This document shows, piece by piece, positions 1 to 10,434 of a stretch of DNA of 31,152 nucleotides. The DNA is taken from the UHGV virus genome UHGV-1981267, one strand, 5' to 3'. Within the stretch, counting starts at the first letter, position 1. The number at the start of each line of letters is the position of its first letter. The notes under the pieces are model-generated. The model saw nothing but the letters and a program-made list of their open reading frames with translations, searched no databases and was not told the origin of the DNA. The stretch is from a virus. Made by a program: the position numbers and the translations under genes.

Positions 1-3000
1 CAGTACGCCGGTGCTGGACAGTGAGGGGAATACCAACATCTCCGGCGTCACGGTGGTGTTCCGGGCCGGTGAGCAGGAGCAGTCACCGCCGGAGGGATTT
101 GAATCCTCCGGCTCCGAGACAGTGCTGGGTACGGAAGTGAAATATGACACGCCGATCACCCGGACCATCACGTCGGCAAACATCGACCGTCTGCGCTTTA
201 CCTTCGGTGTACAGGCACTGGTGGAAACCACCTCAAAGGGGGACCGGAATCCGTCGGAAGTCCGCCTGCTGGTTCAGATACAGCGTAATGGTGGCTGGGT
301 GACGGAAAAAGACATCACCATTAAGGGCAAAACCACCTCGCAGTATCTGGCCTCGGTGGTGGTGGATAACCTGCCGCCGCGCCCGTTCAATATACGGATG
401 CGCAGGATGACGCCGGACAGCACCACAGACCAGCTGCAGAACAAAACGCTCTGGTCGTCATACACCGAAATCATCGATGTGAAACAGTGCTACCCGAACA
501 CGGCACTGGTCGGCGTGCAGGTGGATTCGGAGCAGTTCGGCAGCCAGCAGGTGAGCCGTAATTATCATCTGCGCGGGCGCATTCTGCAGGTGCCGTCGAA
601 CTATAACCCGCAGACGCGACAATACAGCGGTATCTGGGACGGAACGTTTAAACCGGCATACAGCAACAACATAGTCTGGTGTCTGTGGGATATGCTGACC
701 CATCCGCGCTACGGCATGGGGAAACGTCTTGGTGCAGCGGATGTGGATAAATGGGCGCTGTATGTCATCGGCCAGAATTGCGACCAGTCAGTGCCGGATG
801 GCTTTGGCGGCACGGAGCCGCGCATTACCTGTAATGCGTACCTGACCACACAGCGCAAGGCGTGGGATGTGCTCAGTGATTTTTGCTCGGCGATGCGCTG
901 TATGCCGGTATGGAACGGGCAGACGCTGACGTTCGTGCAGGACCGACCATCAGATAAGGTGTGGACCTATAACCGCAGTAATGTGGTGATGCCGGATGAT
1001 GGCGCGCCGTTCCGCTACAGCTTCAGCGCCCTGAAGGACCGCCATAATGCCGTTGAGGTGAACTGGATTGACCCGGATAACGGCTGGGAGACGGCGACAG
1101 AGCTTGTGGAGGACACGCAGGCCATTGCCCGTTACGGTCGTAACGTCACGAAGATGGATGCCTTTGGCTGTACCAGTCGGGGGCAGGCACACCGCGCCGG
1201 GCTGTGGCTGATTAAAACAGAACTGCTGGAAACGCAGACCGTGGATTTCAGCGTCGGCGCAGAAGGGCTTCGCCATGTACCGGGCGATGTTATTGAAATC
1301 TGTGATGATGACTATGCCGGTATCAGCACCGGTGGTCGTGTGCTGGCGGTGAACAGCCAGACCCGGACGCTGACGCTCGACCGTGAAATCACGCTGCCAT
1401 CCTCCGGTACCACGCTGATAAGCCTGGTTGACGGAAGTGGCAATCCGGTCAGCGTGGAGGTTCAGTCCGTCACCGACGGCGTGAAGGTAAAAGTGAGCCG
1501 TGTTCCTGACGGTGTTGCTGAATACAGCGTATGGGGGCTGAAGCTGCCGACGCTGCGCCAGCGACTGTTCCGCTGCGTGAGTATCCGTGAGAACGATGAC
1601 GGCACGTATGCCATCACCGCCGTGCAGCATGTGCCGGAAAAAGAGGCCATCGTGGATAACGGGGCGCACTTTGACGGCGAACAGAGTGGCACGGTGAATG
1701 GTGTCACGCCGCCAGCGGTGCAGCACCTGACCGCAGAAGTCACTGCAGACAGCGGGGAATATCAGGTGCTGGCGCGATGGGACACACCGAAGGTGGTGAA
1801 GGGCGTGAGCTTTATGCTTCGCCTGACCGTGGCAGCGGATGACGGCAGTGAGCGGCTGGTCAGCACGGCCCGGACGACGGAAACCACATACCGCTTCAGG
1901 CAGCTGGCGCTGGGAAGCTACAGGCTGACAGTCCGGGCGGCAAATGCCTGGGGGCAGCAGGGCGATCCTGCATCGGTATCGTTCCGGATTGCCGCACCGG
2001 CAGCGCCGTCGCGGATTGAGCTGACGCCGGGCTATTTTCAGATAACCGCCACGCCCCATCTTGCCGTTTATGATCCGACGGTACAGTTTGAGTTCTGGTT
2101 CTCGGAAAAGCGGATTGCGGATATCAGGCTGGTTGAAACTACAGCCCGCTATCTTGGCACGGCGCTGTACTGGATAGCTGCCAGTATCAATATCAAACCG
2201 GGCCATGATTATTATTTTTACATCCGCAGTGTGAACACCGTTGGCAAATCGGCATTTGTGGAGGCTGTCGGTCGGGCGAGCGATGATGCCGAAGGTTACC
2301 TGGATTTTTTCAAAGGCCAGATAACCGAATCCCATCTCGGTAAAGAGCTGCTGGGAAAAGTCGAGTTGACGGAGGATAACGCCAGCAAACTGGAGGAGTT
2401 TTCGAAAGAGTGGAAAGATGCCAACGATAAATGGAATGCCATGTGGGGCGTCAAAATTGAGCAGACCAAAGACGGCAAACATTATGTCGCGGGTATTGGC
2501 CTCAGCATGGAGGACACGGAGGAAGGTAAACTGAGCCAGTTCCTGGTTGCCGCTAACCGTATCGCGTTTATTGACCCGGCAAACGGGAATGAAACGCCGA
2601 TGTTTGTGGCGCAGGGCAACCAGATATTCATGAACGACGTGTTCCTGAAGCGCCTGACGGCCCCCACCATTACCAGCGGCGGTAATCCTCCGGCATTTTC
2701 CCTGACACCGGACGGGCGGCTGACGGCGAAAAATGCCGATATCAGCGGTAACGTGAATGCGAACTCCGGGACGCTCAACAACGTCACGATTAACGAGAAC
2801 TGCCGGGTTCTGGGAAAACTGTCCGCGAACCAGATTGAAGGCGATCTCGTTAAAACAGTGGGCAAAGCTTTCCCCCGTGACTCCCGGGCACCGGAGCGGT
2901 GGCCATCAGGGACCATTACCGTCAGGGTTTATGACGATCAGCCGTTTGACCGGCAAATTGTTATTCCGGCTGTGGCATTCAGTGGCGCTAAGCATGAGAG

Positions 3001-3253
3001 AGAGCATACTGATATTTACTCCTCATGCCGTCTGATAGTGCGGAAAAACGGTGCTGAAATTTATAACCGTACCGCGCTGGATAATACGCTGATTTACAGT
3101 GGCGTTATTGATATGCCTGCCGGTCACGGTCACATGACACTGGAGTTTTCGGTGTCAGCATGGCTGGTAAATGGCTGGTATCCCACAGCAAGTATCAGCG
3201 ATTTGCTGGTTGTGGTGATGAAGAAAGCCACTGCAGGCATCACGATTAGCTGA
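1..3253 (+). CDS. J: Tail tip host-specificity protein (lambda J-like), 5' end cut by window edge
   Basis: Track ORF 11..3253 is open to the window edge. Sits directly upstream of lom and stf as in lambda. Size and context fit J. Confidence 0.85.
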   Translation, partial: STPVLDSEGNTNISGVTVVFRAGEQEQSPPEGFESSGSETVLGTEVKYDTPITRTITSANIDRLRFTFGVQALVETTSKGDRNPSEVRLLVQIQRNGGWVTEKDITIKGKTTSQYLASVVVDNLPPRPFNIRMRRMTPDSTTDQLQNKTLWSSYTEIIDVKQCYPNTALVGVQVDSEQFGSQQVSRNYHLRGRILQVPSNYNPQTRQYSGIWDGTFKPAYSNNIVWCLWDMLTHPRYGMGKRLGAADVDKWALYVIGQNCDQSVPDGFGGTEPRITCNAYLTTQRKAWDVLSDFCSAMRCMPVWNGQTLTFVQDRPSDKVWTYNRSNVVMPDDGAPFRYSFSALKDRHNAVEVNWIDPDNGWETATELVEDTQAIARYGRNVTKMDAFGCTSRGQAHRAGLWLIKTELLETQTVDFSVGAEGLRHVPGDVIEICDDDYAGISTGGRVLAVNSQTRTLTLDREITLPSSGTTLISLVDGSGNPVSVEVQSVTDGVKVKVSRVPDGVAEYSVWGLKLPTLRQRLFRCVSIRENDDGTYAITAVQHVPEKEAIVDNGAHFDGEQSGTVNGVTPPAVQHLTAEVTADSGEYQVLARWDTPKVVKGVSFMLRLTVAADDGSERLVSTARTTETTYRFRQLALGSYRLTVRAANAWGQQGDPASVSFRIAAPAAPSRIELTPGYFQITATPHLAVYDPTVQFEFWFSEKRIADIRLVETTARYLGTALYWIAASINIKPGHDYYFYIRSVNTVGKSAFVEAVGRASDDAEGYLDFFKGQITESHLGKELLGKVELTEDNASKLEEFSKEWKDANDKWNAMWGVKIEQTKDGKHYVAGIGLSMEDTEEGKLSQFLVAANRIAFIDPANGNETPMFVAQGNQIFMNDVFLKRLTAPTITSGGNPPAFSLTPDGRLTAKNADISGNVNANSGTLNNVTINENCRVLGKLSANQIEGDLVKTVGKAFPRDSRAPERWPSGTITVRVYDDQPFDRQIVIPAVAFSGAKHEREHTDIYSSCRLIVRKNGAEIYNRTALDNTLIYSGVIDMPAGHGHMTLEFSVSAWLVNGWYPTASISDLLVVVMKKATAGITIS

Positions 3254-3272
3254 ATTTTATAACCCAGATACG

Positions 3273-3297
3273 GGCACCAGAAATGGTGCCTTTTTTA
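3273..3297 (+). terminator. Intrinsic terminator after J
   Basis: Stem GGCACC / GGTGCC with loop AGAAAT, followed by a run of six T. Confidence 0.6.
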
Positions 3298-3320
3298 TTG
3301 CAGAAAAGCGAGAGGTAATT

Positions 3321-3920
3321 ATGCGTAAATTATGTGCTGTTATTCTGTCCGCAGTAGTCTGGCTGGTTGCCGCTGGTACGCCAGCGAACGCAGCAGAGCA
3401 TCAGTCCACACTAAGCGCCGGGTATCTTCAGACCCATACTGATATGCCAGGCAGTGATGACCTGAAGGGCATTAACGTGAAATACCGTTATGAATTTACG
3501 GACACGCTGGGGCTGGTGACGTCATTCAGTTATGCCAATGCCAAAGATGAGCAAAAAACGCATTACAGCGATACCCGCTGGCATGAAGATTCAGTGCGTA
3601 ACCGCTGGTTCAGCATGATGGCGGGGCCATCTGTACGCGTGAATGAATGGTTCAGTGCTTATGCGATGGCAGGTGTGGCTTACAGCCGTGTTTCGACGTT
3701 CTCCGGGGATTATCTCCGCGTAACTGACAACAAGGGGAAAACGCACGATGTGCTGACCGGAAGTGATGACGATCGCCACAGCAACACGTCTCTGGCGTGG
3801 GGAGCTGGCGTGCAGTTTAACCCGACCGAATCCGTGGCCATTGATATTGCTTATGAAGGCTCCGGCAGTGGCGACTGGCGCACTGACGGTTTCATCGTGG
3901 GTGTCGGTTATAAGTTCTGA
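3321..3920 (+). CDS. lom: Lom-like outer membrane protein (Ail/Lom family)
   Basis: 199 aa with signal peptide. Near-colinear with lambda Lom as I recall it (EHQSTLSAGYL..., C-terminal DGFIVGVGYKF). Same position as in lambda. Confidence 0.9.
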   Translation: MRKLCAVILSAVVWLVAAGTPANAAEHQSTLSAGYLQTHTDMPGSDDLKGINVKYRYEFTDTLGLVTSFSYANAKDEQKTHYSDTRWHEDSVRNRWFSMMAGPSVRVNEWFSAYAMAGVAYSRVSTFSGDYLRVTDNKGKTHDVLTGSDDDRHSNTSLAWGAGVQFNPTESVAIDIAYEGSGSGDWRTDGFIVGVGYKF

Positions 3921-3946
3921 TTAGCCAGGTAACACAGTGTTATGAC

Positions 3947-3973
3947 AGCCCGCCGGTTCAGGCGGGCTTTTTT
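3947..3973 (+). terminator. Intrinsic terminator after lom
   Basis: Stem AGCCCGCC / GGCGGGCT with loop GGTTCA, followed by a T-run. Confidence 0.65.
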
Positions 3974-3978
3974 GTGGA

Positions 3979-6363
3979 GTGGATATGGCAGCAGTAAAAA
4001 TCTCAGGTGTGCTGAAAGATGGTGCGGGAAAACCAATACAGAACTGCACTATTCAACTGAAGGCAAAGCGTAACAGCACCACGGTACTGGTGAACACGGT
4101 GGCCTCTGAAAATCCGGATGAAGCCGGGCGTTACAGCATGGACGTTGAGTATGGTCAGTACAGCGTCATCCTGTGGATTGAGGGTTCTCAGCCATCACAT
4201 GTTGGGACCATTACCGTCTATGAAGGTTCCAGTCCGGGGACGCTGAATGATTTTCTCGGTGCCATGACGGAAGATGATGTCATGCCGGAGGCATTGCGCC
4301 GTTTTCAGGCAATGGTGGAAGAAGCGGCACGCAACGCCGAAGCCGCCTCTCAGAGCGCAGCGGCGGCAAAGAAATCCGAAACTGCAGCGGCATCATCGAA
4401 GAACGCGGCGAAAACCTCAGAAACGAATGCAGCTAATAGTGCACAGGCGGCAGCGACCTCAAAGACTGCATCGGCAAACTCCGCGACAGCAGCCAAAAAA
4501 TCAGAAACCAACGCGAAAAATAGCGAGACAGCCGCAAAGACGAGCGAAACCAACGCAAAGTCCAGCCAGACGGCAGCGAAAACCAGCGAAACGAATGCCA
4601 AAGCCAGTGAAACTGCGGCGAAAAACAGCCAGGATGCAGCGGCCCAAAGCGAGAGTGCCGCAGCTGGTTCTGCAAGTGCGGCGGCTTCTTCTGCCACTGC
4701 ATCAGCCAACAGTCAAAAAGCTGCAAAAACCAGCGAAACTAACGCAAAGTCCAGCCAGACGGCAGCGAAGACCAGCGAAACGAATGCCAAAGCCAGCGAA
4801 ACTGCGGCGAAAAACAGTCAGGATGCAGCAGCCCAAAGCGAGAGTGCCGCAGCCAGTTCTGCAAGCGCGGCGGCTGCTTCTGCCACTGCATCAGCCAACA
4901 GTCAAAAAGCAGCAAAAACCAGTGAAACCAACGCAAAGGTGAGCGAAACAGCGGCTGCGAACTCAGCGAAAGCATCGGCAGCAAGCCAGACGGCAGCTAA
5001 AGCAAGCGAAGATGCAGCCAGAGAGTACGCAAGCCAGGCTGCGGAGCCGTATAAATATGTCTTACAGCCGCTGCCTGATGTGTGGATACCATTTAACGAT
5101 TCACTGGATATGATTACGGGCTTTTCGCCATCTTATAAAAAGATTGTTATTGGTGACGACGAAATAACGATGCCTGGTGACAAGGTGGTTAAGTTTAAAC
5201 GCGCATCAAAAGCAACTTACATTAATAAATCGGGTGTGCTGACAGAGGCTACCATTGACGAGCCACGATTTGAACGTGATGGCCTGCTTATTGAGGGGCA
5301 AAGAACGAACTTCTTCCCGAACAGTACAGACCCTTCGAAGTGGAATAAGTCAACTTCACTGGACGTTACAGAAACAGGCACAGATAGTTTCGGTTTTAAT
5401 TATGGCCGGTTTGTCGTACAGGATTCGATTGTTGGTACAAGTAAAGCGCATACCATTATCGGACTGTATTCGAGTACCGGAGGGGTTGATACTTCAGGGG
5501 ACGAAAAGTATGTAACTATATCCTGTCGGGTAAAAAGTGAAGTTGATAATATCGACGTTCGTATTTTATTTGAACATTATGATGGGGAGGTAAGGACATC
5601 AATAGGAACAGCAAGCCTGAACCTTACCACCCGCATAATTAGCAAGACAGGTCAGACAAGCCGTGTTACAGCAAGGTCTGTTAAGGATGATGCAACTGGC
5701 TGGATATTTTTTGAGGCTACATTAAAAGCAGATACAACAGAAAATACGGTTGGTGGTTTCGTCCAGTATTCTCCGGATACAGGTCAGATGGTGGCATCAG
5801 GGGATTGTCTCGATGTAACCACTCCCCAGATTGAGGCTGGTACAGGCGCATCATCTTTTATTGTTACGGGGGCTGCACCGGTAACGCGGGCAAGCGATAT
5901 AGTTACAGTCCCAATTAAGAATAATCTTTATAATCTACCTTTTACGGTTCTTTGTGAGGTACATAAGAACTGGTATAAAACGCCAAATGCAGCACCGCGT
6001 GTTTTTGATACCGGCGGTTATCAAACCGGAGCGGCTATTATTCTTGGCTTCGGTCGTTCAACAGATTACGACGGATTTCCTTATTGCGATATTGGTGGGG
6101 CTAACAGGCGGATAAACGAAAATGCATCGCTTGAAAAAATGGTTATGGGGATGCGTGTAAAGTCAGATCAGTCTACATGCGCAGTAAGTAACGGGCGTAT
6201 ATCCAGCGAAACAAAAACCACATGGTCCTGTATTCAGAACTCCGCAATTATCCGTATTGGAGGCCAGACTACAGCCGGTTTACGCCATTTATTTGGTCAT
6301 GTCAGGAATTTCAGAATATGGCACAAAGCATTGACTGATGCTCAGGTGGGGGAGTTAATCTAA
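3979..6363 (+). CDS. stf: Side tail fibre protein, mosaic: lambda Stf-like N-terminus, Ala/Ser/Thr-rich repeat shaft, unrelated C-terminal domain
   Basis: N-terminus MAVKISGVLKDGAGKPIQNCTIQLKAKRNSTT... closely matches recalled lambda Stf. Centre has KTSETNAK-type repeats. C-terminal ~400 aa is unlike lambda Stf. Confidence 0.85.
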   Translation: MDMAAVKISGVLKDGAGKPIQNCTIQLKAKRNSTTVLVNTVASENPDEAGRYSMDVEYGQYSVILWIEGSQPSHVGTITVYEGSSPGTLNDFLGAMTEDDVMPEALRRFQAMVEEAARNAEAASQSAAAAKKSETAAASSKNAAKTSETNAANSAQAAATSKTASANSATAAKKSETNAKNSETAAKTSETNAKSSQTAAKTSETNAKASETAAKNSQDAAAQSESAAAGSASAAASSATASANSQKAAKTSETNAKSSQTAAKTSETNAKASETAAKNSQDAAAQSESAAASSASAAAASATASANSQKAAKTSETNAKVSETAAANSAKASAASQTAAKASEDAAREYASQAAEPYKYVLQPLPDVWIPFNDSLDMITGFSPSYKKIVIGDDEITMPGDKVVKFKRASKATYINKSGVLTEATIDEPRFERDGLLIEGQRTNFFPNSTDPSKWNKSTSLDVTETGTDSFGFNYGRFVVQDSIVGTSKAHTIIGLYSSTGGVDTSGDEKYVTISCRVKSEVDNIDVRILFEHYDGEVRTSIGTASLNLTTRIISKTGQTSRVTARSVKDDATGWIFFEATLKADTTENTVGGFVQYSPDTGQMVASGDCLDVTTPQIEAGTGASSFIVTGAAPVTRASDIVTVPIKNNLYNLPFTVLCEVHKNWYKTPNAAPRVFDTGGYQTGAAIILGFGRSTDYDGFPYCDIGGANRRINENASLEKMVMGMRVKSDQSTCAVSNGRISSETKTTWSCIQNSAIIRIGGQTTAGLRHLFGHVRNFRIWHKALTDAQVGELI
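4552..4945 (+). repeat. In-frame tandem duplication, 189-bp unit x2 plus partial third copy, inside stf
   Basis: Unit 4552..4740 and unit 4741..4929 are near-identical by eye (63-aa repeat KSSQTAAKTSETNAKASETAAKNSQDAAAQSESAAA...), with a partial copy following. Confidence 0.8.
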
Positions 6364-6644
6364 TGAAAGATTTAACACTCAAATTTGTCGACAGGGCCGA
6401 CTTTTCGGCCTTTATGGAGAGCATTGGCTATTATGATGACGAGTCGATGCAGGATGATATTCTTATTGACGTGATAGGTAATGTGTACAAAGAAACCGGA
6501 GAACTTACTGAAGATGGCGAGCCGGCATGTGTTAAGGAGGACGGATATTTTGTAAGCGTGCGCATCATTAATGATGCAAAAAAATCGTCAATATTCGATA
6601 AATACGCGATTGTTGTTGAGCATCAACTTCGTGGCTGGATGTGA
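6363..6644 (+). CDS. Hypothetical acidic protein coupled to stf (start overlaps stf stop, TAATG)
   Basis: 93-aa ORF. Overlapping stop/start suggests co-translation with stf. No motif recognised. Confidence 0.45.
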   Translation: MKDLTLKFVDRADFSAFMESIGYYDDESMQDDILIDVIGNVYKETGELTEDGEPACVKEDGYFVSVRIINDAKKSSIFDKYAIVVEHQLRGWM

Positions 6645-6653
6645 GGGAGACAA

Positions 6654-7358
6654 ATGGCTACATCGACAGTAATTCCTGATGACATCAAAACGCTAAAGGG
6701 AGATGTCAGTAAAGCCAAGGAAGATATTTCCTCAATTAACAGAAAAGTATCAACGCTTCAGACTGATATGACCAGTGCAAAGCAGGATATCAGCTCCAGA
6801 TACACAAAAACTGAAGTTGATAATAAGCTGAAAAACAAACTGGAAGTGAACGCTCTGGAAAGTGGTCGTTATGGCGGAGATTTTTACCCGCTGACTGGCC
6901 GTGAAGCGTTTTATTTATGGGGATTGGGCACAACTACAGCGGCGGCAAATCTTTATCTTAATCCTGACCCTGCAATTTCGTCTGTGCTGCGGTCAACATC
7001 GTCTATCCGCTATAAACATTCAGTAGAGACGATAGATTCAGAGCACGCCGATCTCATTTTCAGGATGCGCCCTGTGTGGTACAGGTCGCAATGCGAAAAT
7101 GACAGGCGTGACTGGGGATTCTACGGATTGATTGCCGAGGAAGTAGGAGAAATTGCCCCTCAGTTTGTACACTGGCGACCAGCTAACGAAGATGATGCAC
7201 CGGAAGCTATTTCCAGCAATGGCCTTGTTGCCGAAGGTGTAATGTACGAACGTCTGGTTGTTCCACTGATTCACCATATCCAGAAGCTGACTGAAAGAGT
7301 TGATGAACTTGAGTCAGAATTAAAGTTGTTATCCGTTTCCCGAAGCGATATCGGATAA
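6654..7358 (+). CDS. Short fibre-like protein with C-terminal intramolecular-chaperone (peptidase S74-like) domain
   Basis: Motifs resembling the fibre/endosialidase chaperone domain: SSIRYKHSVETID, RPVWY, GFYGLIAEEVGEIAP, and a C-terminal coiled coil ending ELESEL. SD GGAG upstream. Confidence 0.55.
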   Translation: MATSTVIPDDIKTLKGDVSKAKEDISSINRKVSTLQTDMTSAKQDISSRYTKTEVDNKLKNKLEVNALESGRYGGDFYPLTGREAFYLWGLGTTTAAANLYLNPDPAISSVLRSTSSIRYKHSVETIDSEHADLIFRMRPVWYRSQCENDRRDWGFYGLIAEEVGEIAPQFVHWRPANEDDAPEAISSNGLVAEGVMYERLVVPLIHHIQKLTERVDELESELKLLSVSRSDIG

Positions 7359-7368
7359 AGGAGGCGTA

Positions 7369-7662
7369 ATGGATATAACACCTTTCCTTCATGCACTTTG
7401 TGCTGTGGCTGCGCAGGTACTGGTTGGTCTTTTTACCGGAAACTGGGCTTACGGGGCGATAGCTGGTTGTACGTTCTTCATTGCGCGTGAACATACCCAG
7501 GCAGAATATCGCTGGATTGAAATGTTCGGGCATGGCAAGCGAATGAATATGCCGTGGTGGGGCGGTTTTGATCCGCGCGCGTGGGATGTGGCAAGCCTTA
7601 TGGATTTTGCTGTACCGATGGTCGCGTGTCTGCTGGTCTGGCTGTTGGTTTATCGTGGGTGA
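7369..7662 (+). CDS. Small membrane protein (two predicted TM segments), unknown function
   Basis: 97-aa ORF with SD AAGGAGG 6 nt upstream. Hydrophobic N- and C-terminal segments. Confidence 0.5.
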   Translation: MDITPFLHALCAVAAQVLVGLFTGNWAYGAIAGCTFFIAREHTQAEYRWIEMFGHGKRMNMPWWGGFDPRAWDVASLMDFAVPMVACLLVWLLVYRG

Positions 7663-7797
7663 AAAAAGGTGAGCTGTATATGCAACGGAGGAAGAAACCC
7701 CGTTGCTGGAAGCCTGGAAAAAGTATCGGGTGTTGTTGAATCGTGTTGATACATCACTATCTCCAGATATCGAGTGGCCAAGTCAACCATAAATCAA

Positions 7798-7826
7798 TAT
7801 CCCCTGCGATGCAGGGGATATTTCTT
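7798..7826. terminator. Bidirectional hairpin between convergent genes
   Basis: Perfect 10-bp stem TATCCCCTGC / GCAGGGGATA with 3-nt loop. T-rich on plus side (TTTCTT). Sits between the plus-strand membrane-protein gene and the sopB 3' end. Confidence 0.5.
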
Positions 7827-8790
7827 AATTATCAGTAGATTGTTCCTCTAGTAACAACTCAATTCTGCTTAGTATTTCTTTAGATATTTTTCGGCTATCA
7901 ATTTTTATAGTTACAAAATTACCTTTATATCTAGCCGTGATCCCTTCCCCATATTTTTTCTCGTCTTTTGTTTTTTCCTCGTCGCCAACTAGAACAGAGT
8001 CAGATAATATTTGTATAATCCGTGAAGCTTCTAAATCCTCGCCGTTTTTTTTAATTGCCAGAAGATGATGAGCAGCATTGCTCATGGCAGTCATGTTTTT
8101 TTTGTAGACCTTAAACAAAGAATCTCCAGCACGAGCTGACAGTTCTCCTGGATGATTGAAGATAGCTAATATATCTTTTGGTAGACCAGCTGTATTAATA
8201 CAGCGAGTGATAATATTTCTGTCTATATTTTCAGCCTCGGCTAATGCTTTAACGTTACCATCAAAGTCATTTAGCTTGCGTAAGTATCTCTTTCCTCTTT
8301 CGTATGCACTAATAGGCCTATAATCGTTACCAATTTGGGATAACCAATGCATCTGTTCATCGTCGAGATCACCTATTAAGACGCGATAGTCACATCCTGT
8401 TAATATCGCTGCTTTTCTTCTACGTGAGCCGTCAGCGACTTCAACGACTCCAGACACTTTTCTGGCGAAAGCTGGATTTTGTTGTCCAGACGTTAGAAAA
8501 GATGGGATTAAATCGGCTAGAGAGGATTCATTTAATAAATCTTGATCGCGTTCATTACCTAGCCATACCATTGTTGCCATTTCAACTTTATCTGCGGGAA
8601 TTGTCTCTAACTTAAAGTTAACATTACGTCCGCATACTGGCAAAGTTATGCTGTTACCGGTTAATGAACTCAGTTGACGTTTTAAATCACCAACCATAGG
8701 TGATACGGGCTGATGTTCAGGGGCATGATGATTATTACTCATAATGCGATTAATATCTGGAGCATTTTTTAGAAGAGAGCGCTGTTTCAT
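7825..8790 (-). CDS. sopB: Partition protein SopB (ParB family)
   Basis: 321 aa. Blocks match recalled F SopB (ITLPVCGR, GNERDQ, IPSFL-GQQ-PAF, ADGSRRRKAA, GNDYRP-SAYERG). Start overlaps sopA stop. Confidence 0.9.
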   Translation of the reverse strand: MKQRSLLKNAPDINRIMSNNHHAPEHQPVSPMVGDLKRQLSSLTGNSITLPVCGRNVNFKLETIPADKVEMATMVWLGNERDQDLLNESSLADLIPSFLTSGQQNPAFARKVSGVVEVADGSRRRKAAILTGCDYRVLIGDLDDEQMHWLSQIGNDYRPISAYERGKRYLRKLNDFDGNVKALAEAENIDRNIITRCINTAGLPKDILAIFNHPGELSARAGDSLFKVYKKNMTAMSNAAHHLLAIKKNGEDLEASRIIQILSDSVLVGDEEKTKDEKKYGEGITARYKGNFVTIKIDSRKISKEILSRIELLLEEQSTDN

Positions 8791-9956
8791 TATTCGTTCT
8801 CCCAGCGAGGTTTTATTAGATCATCAAAAATTTCTCGGCAAACAGGGTCCCATATAGAAACAGCATTTCTCCATGCATTCAATGTTGAACGTTGGTTTGC
8901 TGCTTGTTCAAATACTGTTCTCATTTTTATCTGGCCTTTACCTACTTCATCGGTAACGCGTACAACCTGACGTAATACCATTGATCCCCATGTATTTCTT
9001 ATTTGTTCTTCCATCCATCGTGATTGATTCCCTGTAGTGAGACTATATTTAGTCAGAAGTAAGCGAACGGTTGGCTCAAATCCACCTAGGTCAACGCTTT
9101 CCAATAGATCGAGAAGCATTGTGAAAAACTGTAGAACAGAAGCGTAATCAAATAATTCTGCAGGTGTAGCAACAACAATAACGTCAGCGGCACAAACAAC
9201 GTTAATGGTTCCTGTACCGAGGTTCGGAGCACTATCTATAACGATAACATCGTAGTTATCCCAAACTGATTCAATAGCTGCGCGCAGCATAAGGTGTGGA
9301 GGATGAGGCAATTTACCCTGAGCATGATATTGCATGAGATCTGTTTCTATACGATGTAAAGCTAGGCAGCTAGGGATAATGTCTAGCCCAGGCCAACATG
9401 TTGGCTTTATAGCATATTCAGCGTTATCGCGTTCTCCTAAGTAAAATGGCAGTAAAGTATCCTCGGCATGGATATGTAAATCAGGAACATAACCGTGATA
9501 CATAGAGGCCGTGCCTTGAGGATCGTTACCTTCAACCAAAAGAACACGATGACCTTGTAATGCTAACCATTGAGCTTGATGTACCGCAGACGATGTTTTA
9601 TAAACGCCGCCTTTGTGTGACATAACGGCAAGCACAACAGGGTTTTTATCTTGTGGTCGTTGGTTTGGGTTGCCAAAAACTGCTCGCATACTGTTGATTT
9701 GATCTATGGTATAACCAGCACGACGTTCAATTCTTCCTCTCATTTCAAAGTCAGGTGCAGGTAAACGCCCGCTCTTCTCAGCATCTCTAATTGCTTGAGG
9801 AGTTACACCAATTAAATCTGCTACTTCAGTTATACCCCATCGGCGGGTGATACGCCGAGCTTCAGGACTATCATCACCGAATTGAGCGATAGCAATTGCT
9901 TGGGTCATTTCTTGACCTCTCGTAACACAATCTTGCAATAACTTTTTCAAAGACAT
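8790..9956 (-). CDS. sopA: Partition ATPase SopA (ParA family)
   Basis: 388 aa with deviant Walker A (KGGVYKTS). N-terminal HTH region. Same length as F SopA. Confidence 0.92.
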   Translation of the reverse strand: MSLKKLLQDCVTRGQEMTQAIAIAQFGDDSPEARRITRRWGITEVADLIGVTPQAIRDAEKSGRLPAPDFEMRGRIERRAGYTIDQINSMRAVFGNPNQRPQDKNPVVLAVMSHKGGVYKTSSAVHQAQWLALQGHRVLLVEGNDPQGTASMYHGYVPDLHIHAEDTLLPFYLGERDNAEYAIKPTCWPGLDIIPSCLALHRIETDLMQYHAQGKLPHPPHLMLRAAIESVWDNYDVIVIDSAPNLGTGTINVVCAADVIVVATPAELFDYASVLQFFTMLLDLLESVDLGGFEPTVRLLLTKYSLTTGNQSRWMEEQIRNTWGSMVLRQVVRVTDEVGKGQIKMRTVFEQAANQRSTLNAWRNAVSIWDPVCREIFDDLIKPRWENE

Positions 9957-9977
9957 ACTGTCATCTCCAGCTTGTAA

Positions 9978-10055
9978 CTTTGCTTAATAATTAAATCTTT
10001 GCTTATTTCTAGCAAATTTGCATGAAAAAGGCAAAGCAAAACGAAAAACGCAAAG
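9978..10055 (-). promoter_or_regulatory. sop promoter/operator with CTTTGC hexamer repeats
   Basis: CTTTGC at 9978 and 9997; inverted GCAAAG at 10031 and 10050. F sopAB operator uses CTTTGC repeats bound by SopA. Confidence 0.55.
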
Positions 10056-10246
10056 GGGAATATTTGAGCTAAATCATCTTTTGTTCCCCTCCCGAAATGC
10101 ATAAAACGAACAACGATATAATCATAACTAATTGATATTTATTGTCTTTTTAAAAGAAAGGAAATCATGTAAAACTAGGGAAACATGATAAGAATCATCA
10201 ATGAGATACGTTTTCTCTATTAGTTCTCCCAATCTTACCAATACAA

Positions 10247-10390
10247 GAACATAAACAAAGAACATAAAAATAAAGTAATGATACAAACACAATAAAGAAC
10301 ATAAATAAAGAATTATAACCAATGCTAAATAAATCAGTACACAATATGAGAACATTACACCAAATGAGAACATTAATCAAGAACATAACG
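10247..10390 (+). repeat. Array of six to seven direct GAACAT(A/T)A motifs flanking telRL
   Basis: Copies at 10247, 10260, 10297, 10350, 10368, 10381 (and 10393 within the telRL arm), all same orientation, irregular spacing, very AT-rich. Confidence 0.5.
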
Positions 10391-10392
10391 AA

Positions 10393-10434
10393 ACATAATT
10401 GCCCATTATACGCGCGTATAATGGGGAATTATGT
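10393..10434. other. telRL: Telomere resolution site (telRL-like palindrome with telO core)
   Basis: 42-bp palindrome ACATAATTGCCCATTATACGC|GCGTATAATGGGGAATTATGT with one mismatch. The central 22 bp CCATTATACGCGCGTATAATGG matches my recollection of N15 telO. Immediately upstream of telN. Confidence 0.8.

Noticed and set aside
950-2482. 510-aa minus-strand ORF inside the J gene
   Set aside because: It is antisense to a well-supported large structural gene in GC-rich sequence. No SD or known motif; typical stop-free antisense frame.
4274-4984. Several overlapping ORFs on both strands (222, 119, 97, 81 aa) across the stf repeat region
   Set aside because: Low-complexity basic or Ala-rich translations produced by the Ala/Ser/Thr-coding repeat. 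The stf frame is the coherent one.
10128-10386. Two minus-strand ORFs (81 and 62 aa) with hydrophobic low-complexity translations
   Set aside because: They lie in the AT-rich GAACATAA repeat and telRL regulatory region. The translations come from the repeats and there are no credible starts.
10247-10390. Possible CRISPR-like array
   Set aside because: Repeats are only 8 bp and irregularly spaced, with no spacer structure and no cas genes. More consistent with protein-binding iterons.
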